Of a stretch of DNA of 32,000 nt, positions 26,439 through 32,000 are shown one piece after another (the stretch's first letter is position 1; each line of letters opens with the position of its first letter). Source of the stretch: Mucisphaera calidilacus (GTDB taxonomy: Bacteria > Planctomycetota > Phycisphaerae > Phycisphaerales > Phycisphaeraceae); NCBI RefSeq assembly GCF_007748075.1, contig NZ_CP036280.1, forward strand, positions 2,790,001-2,822,000. The letters run 5' to 3'. The notes beneath the pieces are model-generated. The model made no database searches. It saw nothing but the letters and a program-made list of their open reading frames with translations, and was not told where the DNA came from. The position numbers and the translations under genes are program-made.

Positions 26439-29099
26439 ATGAGTTCAAGGCCCATGGCGAAAAAGAAGACGACCAAGAAGAAGACAGGCGGCGCGGCCTC
26501 GAAGGGCCGGCGGTCGCAGTCGATCAAGGTCGCCGACGCCAAGGGCAAGCACCTTGTCATCGTCGAGAGCCCGACCAAGGCCAAGACGATCAACAAGTAC
26601 CTCGGCAGCGACTACCTGGTGATGGCGAGCGTGGGCCACGTCCGTGACCTGCCCTCACGCAACCCCAAGGGCGTCAAGAACCCGGTTCCGGGCGTCAACC
26701 TCGAACAGCAGTTCGAGCCGACCTACGAGATCCTGCCCGACAAGAAGAAAACGGTCAGCGAGCTTAAGAAGGCGGCCAAGTACGCGGACGACGTCTGGTT
26801 CGCGACCGACCTCGACCGCGAGGGAGAGGCGATCGCGTGGCATCTGGCTCATGCGCTGGACATCGACCTCGAGGGCGCCAAGCGGGTGGTCTTCAACGCG
26901 ATTACGAAGACGGAGATCGAACGAGCCTTTCATCATCCCCGGCCGATCGACGAGAACCGGGTCAATGCGCAGCAGGCAAGACGGATTGTGGACCGCATCG
27001 TCGGTTACCAGGTCTCGCCTCTGCTCTGGAAGAAGGTGGCCGGCGGGCTGAGTGCGGGTCGTGTGCAGTCGGTTGCGGTGCGTCTCGTGGTCGAGCGTGA
27101 ACGCGAGATCGATGCCTTCATCCCCGACGAGTCCTGGCGGCTGGGTGCGTTGATGGCGACCGACCCGTCGGAGGCGCCGAAGCTCGGTGAACTCTGGCAG
27201 GCTTTTCTTGACGGCGCGACCGAGAACGGCCGCACGGTCAAGGAACAGAACGCGTGGCTCTCCGAGCACGCCGTGTTGCGTGCCGAATTGGTCGGGATCG
27301 ATGACGCCGACGTGAAGAACGCCGACGAGCAGCAGATCCTCGATGTGGCGAAACGTCTCGGCTACGAGCTTGAGAAACTCGATGTCGTGGAGGACCCAAA
27401 GGGCAAGGGGCCGGCGAAGCAGCTCAAGACGGCGATCGGCGTGGTGTCGGCTTCTCCGCCGGACTACGCCATCGAATCGATCGCAACCAAACGCACAACA
27501 AGCAAGCCGGGCGCGCCGTTCATCACGTCGAGTCTGCAGCAGGCCGCGGCGAACCGCTACAGCTTCGCGCTCCAGCGGACGATGCGTGTCGCGCAGCAGC
27601 TGTATGAAGGCATCGACCTGGGTGGCGCTCGCGGCCAGACAGGCCTGATCACCTACATGCGTACCGATTCGACGCACCTTGCGCCCGAGGCGATCGCAGC
27701 GGCACGCGACCACATCGGCAGCGCGTACGGCGACGACTACCTGCCCGAGAAGCCCAACTATTACAGCTCCTCGAACAAGAGCGCGCAGGAGGCGCACGAG
27801 GCGATCCGCCCGACAGACGTGACGGTCCGCCCGAGTGACATCCGCGGCAAGCTCAACGAGGATCAGTTCAAGCTCTACGACCTGATCTGGAAGCGTTTCG
27901 TCTCCTGCCAGATGACCCCCGCCAAGTGGGACGCCACCACGGTCAGCATCCGCGCGGACCTCAACCCCGGTTCGGCCAAGCTGCGTGCCTCGGGCCGGAA
28001 GCTGGTCTTCGACGGTTTTTACCGCGTGACGGGCGTGCCGCAGAGCGACGACGTGATCCTGCCGGAGTTGTCGGAGGGTCAGAAAGTCGCGCCGCTGGAC
28101 ATCAAGCCGACGCAGCACTTCACCGCGCCGCCACCCCGGTACACCGAGGCGTCGCTGCAGAAGAAGCTCGAGGAAGAGGGCATCGGACGGCCGTCGACGT
28201 ACGCGGCCATCATCCAGACGATTCAGGACCGCAAGTACGTCGAGCCGCTGATGCCTCGCGACCGCCGACTCTGTGCCACGGACCTGGGCATGGTGGTGAC
28301 CGACATGCTCATCGAGGCGTTCCCGGAGATCCTGAACGTCGCCTACACGCGTGAGATGGAGAGTCAGCTCGATCACATCGAGGACGAGCGCAACGACTGG
28401 CACCAGATGGTCGCGGCCTTCTACGAGCCGTTCGCGGTGCAGCTCGAGAAGGCGCACGAGGAACTGACACACGCCAAGGCCGTCACCGAACCCGCCCCCC
28501 ACAAGTGCGAGCAGTGCGGCGCCGACACGGTCTACCGTTTTGGCAAGAACGGCCGATTCCTGTCGTGCAGCCGGTACCCCGACTGCAAGTATGCGGCGCC
28601 GATCGATCGTGAGGGCAACCCGCAGTCGCCCGAGATGACCGACATCCTCTGCCCGGAGGACGGCAAGCCGATGATTCGGCGGACGGGTCGTTTCGGGCCG
28701 TTCCTTGCGGCGTCGACCTACCCCGAGGTGAAGTTCATCCTGAAGCTCGATCCGAAGAAGGGTCACGTGGTGCTGCCCAAGACCCCGCCGATGCTCACGG
28801 GTATTACCTGCCCGAAGTGCGAGGAGCGTGAGCTGTATCTGCGCGAGAGCAAGCGAGGGCCCTGGCTCAGTTGCTCGGGCTTCCCGAAGTGTCGAGGCCG
28901 GGCGGCATGGAGCTCACTCGACGAGGAGAAGCAGGCAGAGCTCGAGAAGAAATGGGCGGAGCATCAGAAGGAGAACCCGGTGCCCGAGATCCGCACGGCG
29001 AGCGGCCGCGTGCTCAAGGAGGGCGATGACTACATCCCCGAGATCGCGGGCTCAGAAGAACCGGCAGGCAGTGTCGTGGCGCGTGACGACGCGGCCTGA
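26439..29099 (+). CDS. topA: DNA topoisomerase I
   Basis: The TOPRIM region is LVIVESPTKAKTINKYLG...ATDLDREGEAIAWH. The active-site Tyr region is GLITYMRTDS, and RYTEASL is also present. C-terminal Zn-ribbon repeats are CEQCGADTVYRFGKNGRFLSCSRYPDC and CPKCEERELYLRESKRGPWLSCSGFPKC, plus one degenerate copy. An alternative start is ATG 26454 (MAKKKTTKKK). Confidence 0.95.
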   Translation: MSSRPMAKKKTTKKKTGGAASKGRRSQSIKVADAKGKHLVIVESPTKAKTINKYLGSDYLVMASVGHVRDLPSRNPKGVKNPVPGVNLEQQFEPTYEILPDKKKTVSELKKAAKYADDVWFATDLDREGEAIAWHLAHALDIDLEGAKRVVFNAITKTEIERAFHHPRPIDENRVNAQQARRIVDRIVGYQVSPLLWKKVAGGLSAGRVQSVAVRLVVEREREIDAFIPDESWRLGALMATDPSEAPKLGELWQAFLDGATENGRTVKEQNAWLSEHAVLRAELVGIDDADVKNADEQQILDVAKRLGYELEKLDVVEDPKGKGPAKQLKTAIGVVSASPPDYAIESIATKRTTSKPGAPFITSSLQQAAANRYSFALQRTMRVAQQLYEGIDLGGARGQTGLITYMRTDSTHLAPEAIAAARDHIGSAYGDDYLPEKPNYYSSSNKSAQEAHEAIRPTDVTVRPSDIRGKLNEDQFKLYDLIWKRFVSCQMTPAKWDATTVSIRADLNPGSAKLRASGRKLVFDGFYRVTGVPQSDDVILPELSEGQKVAPLDIKPTQHFTAPPPRYTEASLQKKLEEEGIGRPSTYAAIIQTIQDRKYVEPLMPRDRRLCATDLGMVVTDMLIEAFPEILNVAYTREMESQLDHIEDERNDWHQMVAAFYEPFAVQLEKAHEELTHAKAVTEPAPHKCEQCGADTVYRFGKNGRFLSCSRYPDCKYAAPIDREGNPQSPEMTDILCPEDGKPMIRRTGRFGPFLAASTYPEVKFILKLDPKKGHVVLPKTPPMLTGITCPKCEERELYLRESKRGPWLSCSGFPKCRGRAAWSSLDEEKQAELEKKWAEHQKENPVPEIRTASGRVLKEGDDYIPEIAGSEEPAGSVVARDDAA

Positions 29100-29185
29100 T
29101 TAATTGTCTATTTTTACTGATTACTTGCATTTTCTACTGGACTCCAACTGATCGCCGTGTCATGATGGTGTTCAGGAGTTGTGCC

Positions 29186-29455
29186 ATGGGCAAGGAAATC
29201 CAGTTTGAAGTACCCGAGGGACTGCACGATTTCATCTGCGCGCAGTCGGGTGCAGGCGGCCTGTACGCCACCACGGACGAGTACCTACGCGACTTGATCC
29301 GACGTGATTACGAGCGTCAGCAGGCGGGACGCTGGCAATCCCTGCTTCATGAACTCGAACAAGGCATGGAGGCCGATGATTCCGACTTCCAGCCGCTGGA
29401 TATGGACGCGATAAAGGCTGACGCGAAGAAGCAGGCAAGCACGGATGCCGCATGA
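29186..29455 (+). CDS. parD: ParD-family type II antitoxin (CC2985-type)
   Basis: 89 aa from ATG 29186, with an AGGAG 8 nt upstream. FICAQSGAGGLYATTDEYLRDLIRRDYERQ matches the ParD/COG3609 pattern (...v.sG.Y.s.SEvvR..LR). The gene end overlaps the parE start by 11 nt (ATGCCGCATGA). Confidence 0.8.
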   Translation: MGKEIQFEVPEGLHDFICAQSGAGGLYATTDEYLRDLIRRDYERQQAGRWQSLLHELEQGMEADDSDFQPLDMDAIKADAKKQASTDAA

Positions 29456-29767
29456 GATCGTCATATTGCCTCGCGCCCGTCACAGGATCGAGGCTATCTG
29501 GATCTACACGCAGAAAAACTGGGGCGAGGCACAGGCGGACGATACCTCGATGGCCTTGACGAAATGCTCAAGAGACTCGCAAAGAGCCGTTCGGCATGGC
29601 GGTCAGTTCGGTTCACTGACGCACTGAATGGGCTCTGGATGTGTCGATATGCACAGCACATCATCTTTTTCCGCGAGTTGTCCGGGCAGAGAATCGGCGT
29701 GATCACGGTGATGCACGCAACAATGGATTTACCGGAGAGGCTGCTCGAGGAAATTGACAAGCAGTGA
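29445..29767 (+). pseudogene. parE: ParE/RelE-family toxin interrupted by a 1-nt frameshift
   Basis: Frame A (29445-) reads MPHEIVILPRARHRIEAIWIYTQKNWGEAQAD, then DTSMALTKCSRDS... to a stop at 29627. Frame B reads ...RYLDGLDEMLKRLAKSRSAWRSVRFTDALNGLWMCRYAQHIIFFRELSGQRIGVITVMHATMDLPERL to the stop at 29767. Joining them at about 29540 (GCG GAC|CGA TAC) restores a canonical ParE sequence, WGEAQADRYLDGLDEML...HIIFF...I.VITVMHATMD. Confidence 0.7.
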
Positions 29768-29776
29768 GCCCGCTCC

Positions 29777-30400
29777 TTACTGCACCTTCTTCATCAGCTC
29801 GCGGTCGGGCAGGTAGCCGGTGGCGTCGCGGGGGAAGTCGTCTTCGCGTGAGGCCGCGTCGAGGATGACCGTCTTGCCCTCGAACTCGCCGTTGCGCACC
29901 TTGCCGCGGACCTCGACGTAGGCGGGCCGCACGACGACGACCTCGTCCGCGTCGTCGTCGTCATGGTCGGCGTCGTCCGGGCCTTCGCCTTGCTTCTCGT
30001 CTTTGTCCTCATCGTCGTCGTCAACCTCTTCGGTGTCGGCGTCGTAGTAAACGAGTTTGGTGATCTCGATGAGCGTGCCGGCGGGCAGGGTTCCCCTGAA
30101 GTGATCGAAGCTGTCGGGGTCCTGTTCATAAAGGGCGAGCACGTCGGGTTCGTCGGGTCGCGTGCTGAAACCGACGAGGTGGATCGGCCCGTTCCAGCCC
30201 TCGGGCTTGGTCATGAGCAGCGGCTCGAGTGTCTTGTAAGTCTCGCCGGGGACGTAGCCGACCCGGAAGGCGGTCTCCTCGGAGACGTTGTCGCCGATGT
30301 CGCCATTGAAACGCGGGACCCAGCGCCACGCGTCGCCCGAGGAACAGGCGGTCAGCGTCAGCATGATGAGGGCAAGGGCGAGGGGGGTGAGCGTGCGCAC
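29777..30400 (-). CDS. Lipoprotein of unknown function with a poly-acidic insert
   Basis: GTG start at 30400 with an AGGAG 7 nt upstream. The signal peptide and lipobox are ALALIMLTLTAC. An acidic low-complexity segment reads DADTEEVDDDDEDKDEKQGEGPDDADHDDDDADE. Confidence 0.6.
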   Translation of the reverse strand: MRTLTPLALALIMLTLTACSSGDAWRWVPRFNGDIGDNVSEETAFRVGYVPGETYKTLEPLLMTKPEGWNGPIHLVGFSTRPDEPDVLALYEQDPDSFDHFRGTLPAGTLIEITKLVYYDADTEEVDDDDEDKDEKQGEGPDDADHDDDDADEVVVVRPAYVEVRGKVRNGEFEGKTVILDAASREDDFPRDATGYLPDRELMKKVQ

Positions 30401-30456
30401 GTCGTGGCTCCTGATAATCGGTGTGAGACGTAGTTTAATGGATGCCGGCCCGCGGG

Positions 30457-31869
30457 TCAGACGTCGAAATACATGCAGAATTCGTAGGGATGCGGGCGTT
30501 GGCGGAGGGCGTCGATCTCGTTCTCACGCTTGTAACGAATCCAGTAGTGGATGACGTCCTGCGTAAAGACGTCGCCCTCGAGCAGGTAGTCGTGGTCTTC
30601 CTCGAGCGCGACCAGTGCCGATTCGAGGTCGGCGGGAGCCCGGTCCAGGTTTTCGGTGGTCTCGGGCTCGAGGTCGTAGATGTTGCGGTCGAGCGGTTCG
30701 CCGGGGTCGATCTTATTCTTGATCCCATCGATCGCGGCCATCGTGATGGCGGCGAAGGCCAGGTAGGGGTTGGCGGAGGAATCGGGGCAGCGGAACTCGA
30801 TGCGTTTGGACCCGGGTTTGTTGTGATAGACGGGGATGCGGATGGCGGCGGACCGATTGCGTGAGGAGTAGCAGAGGTGAACCGGTGCCTCGTAGCCCGG
30901 GACGAGCCGCTTGAAGGAGTTGGTCGTCGGGTTGGTGAGGGCGAGCAGAGAGTGGGCGTGCCGGAGGATCCCGCCGACGGCGTAGAGGGCCATCTGGGAG
31001 AGGCCGGCGTAGCGTGGCCCTGCGAAGAGCGGCTTGCCCGACTTCCAGAGCGAGAAGTGGGTGTGCATGCCCGATCCGTTGTCGCCCCAGAGCGGCTTGG
31101 GCATGAAGGTCGCCACGCGGCCGTGCCGAGCCGCCACCTGCTTGACGATGTACTTGTACATCATGCACATGTCGGCCATACGCAGCAGGGGCGCATACTG
31201 CAGGTCGATCTCGGCCTGACCGCCGGTCGCCACCTCGTGGTGGTGGGCCTCGATCGGGAGTCCCATCTGCTTCATGACCGACGCCATCTCCGAACGCAGA
31301 TCGGTCATGGAGTCCATCGGCGGGATGGGGAAGTAGCCTTCGCGCTGTCGGACCTGGTAACCGAGATTGGCCGGGTCTTTCGAGCCGCGGTTCCAGATAC
31401 CCTCGACCGAATCGACGGCGTAGGTCGCGGTGTTGACCCGCTGGTCGTAGTGAACGCTGTCGAAGACAAAGAACTCGAGCTCGGGCCCGAACATGGCGTG
31501 GTCGGCGAGTTTGGATTGCTTGAGGTAGACCTCCGCCTTCTTGGCGATGGATCGAGGGTCACGTGAATACTGCTTGCGAGTGACCGGATCCTTGATGTCG
31601 CAGATGATCGCCAGAGTGGGGCGGTCGAGAAATGGGTCGCGGTGCGCCGTGTCGGCTACCGGGACCAGGAGCATGTCCGACTCGTTGATCGCCTGCCAGC
31701 CGCGGATGGAGGAGCCGTCAAAACCGAAGCCGGTTTCAAAAGCTTCCTCGTTGAGTTGCTCGGCGTCGTAGGTGACGTGCTGCCAGAGCCCCGGGAAATC
31801 CATAAAGCGGCAGTCGACGTACTCGATGCCCTCTTTCTTGATCAGCGCGATGACCTGCTTGGGTGTCAT
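30457..31869 (-). CDS. glnA: Glutamine synthetase type I
   Basis: 470 aa. Motifs present: FDGSSIRGW, MFGPELEFFVFD, HHHEVATGGQAEID, GSGMHTHFSLW, NSFKRLVPGYEAP and SSRNRSAAIRIP. A candidate adenylylation-loop Tyr lies in DRNIYDLEPE. Confidence 0.96.
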   Translation of the reverse strand: MTPKQVIALIKKEGIEYVDCRFMDFPGLWQHVTYDAEQLNEEAFETGFGFDGSSIRGWQAINESDMLLVPVADTAHRDPFLDRPTLAIICDIKDPVTRKQYSRDPRSIAKKAEVYLKQSKLADHAMFGPELEFFVFDSVHYDQRVNTATYAVDSVEGIWNRGSKDPANLGYQVRQREGYFPIPPMDSMTDLRSEMASVMKQMGLPIEAHHHEVATGGQAEIDLQYAPLLRMADMCMMYKYIVKQVAARHGRVATFMPKPLWGDNGSGMHTHFSLWKSGKPLFAGPRYAGLSQMALYAVGGILRHAHSLLALTNPTTNSFKRLVPGYEAPVHLCYSSRNRSAAIRIPVYHNKPGSKRIEFRCPDSSANPYLAFAAITMAAIDGIKNKIDPGEPLDRNIYDLEPETTENLDRAPADLESALVALEEDHDYLLEGDVFTQDVIHYWIRYKRENEIDALRQRPHPYEFCMYFDV

Positions 31870-31889
31870 AGGATCTCCGTGCGTTGGGA

Positions 31890-32000
31890 TCAGTGGCCCT
31901 GGGCTTCCTCGCCGAGACGCGGCTTGAGTTCGCCGAGCAGCGAAGCAAGGGCTTCGGGATCGCGGGCCTCGGCGTTCAGGCGGAGCAGCGGCTCGGTGTT
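31890..32000 (-). CDS. 3' end of a phosphomannomutase/phosphoglucomutase-family gene (partial)
   Basis: Hand translation of the reverse strand, in frame to TGA (31890-31892): NTEPLLRLNAEARDPEALASLLGELKPRLGEEAQGH*. The motif (S)NTEP(L/V)(L/V)RLN.E is the conserved C-terminal domain-IV signature of PMM/PGM enzymes such as CpsG/ManB. Confidence 0.6.
   Translation of the reverse strand, partial: NTEPLLRLNAEARDPEALASLLGELKPRLGEEAQGH

Noticed and set aside
29530-29550. Programmed ribosomal frameshifting in parE.
   Set aside because: There is no X_XXY_YYZ slippery heptamer, no homopolymer and no obvious downstream stimulatory structure at the frame junction (GCGGACGATACC). Simple mutation or a sequencing error is more parsimonious.
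30401-30456. Possible terminator after glnA (the CCCGCGGG palindrome).
   Set aside because: The 8-mer is self-complementary with no loop and is not followed by a T-run on the minus strand. The downstream lipoprotein gene has its own SD and is probably co-transcribed.

Overview
High-GC bacterial chromosomal window, roughly 63-70% GC in coding regions by hand counts. The GFTLIELLVV pseudopilin and the many lipobox proteins suggest Planctomycetota/Phycisphaerae or a related PVC lineage; that is inference only. All calls come from motif recognition by eye, with no searches run.

Most of the window is housekeeping: hemB, guaB, tRNA-Ile(GAU), bioD, acnA, miaA, topA, glnA, a CsaA-like tRNA-binding protein, and the 3' end of a phosphomannomutase-like gene. 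I found no transposase, integrase, CRISPR array or rRNA.

The many long Arg/Pro/His-rich ORFs antisense to recognisable genes are high-GC artefacts.

The most system-like content is a minus-strand operon at 9156->4815. It encodes a secreted RimB-like retropepsin-type protease, a protein with an inactive transglutaminase fused to 7 TM helices, a RimK-related ATP-grasp ligase, and then a patatin-like lipoprotein. The first three genes are translationally coupled. This three-gene cassette has been predicted computationally in the literature, but as far as I know its product is uncharacterised. The patatin linkage may be new.

Secondary points of interest:
- An islet of small orphan genes at 16583-18064. 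It holds two tandem paralogous single-TM proteins sharing a 73-bp near-identical DNA core, an excisionase-like HTH protein, a 59-aa ORF with a strong SD that is missing from the ORF track, and a 180-bp AT-rich palindrome-rich region upstream of a PAS-PAS hybrid histidine kinase.
- A low-GC parDE module whose parE toxin is broken by a 1-nt frameshift.
- A small-membrane-protein / PLC-like lipoprotein / FkbM methyltransferase operon.
- A recurring pattern of convergent genes that abut or overlap with no terminators.

I cannot demonstrate a truly undescribed system from sequence alone. The cassette plus patatin is the best candidate.
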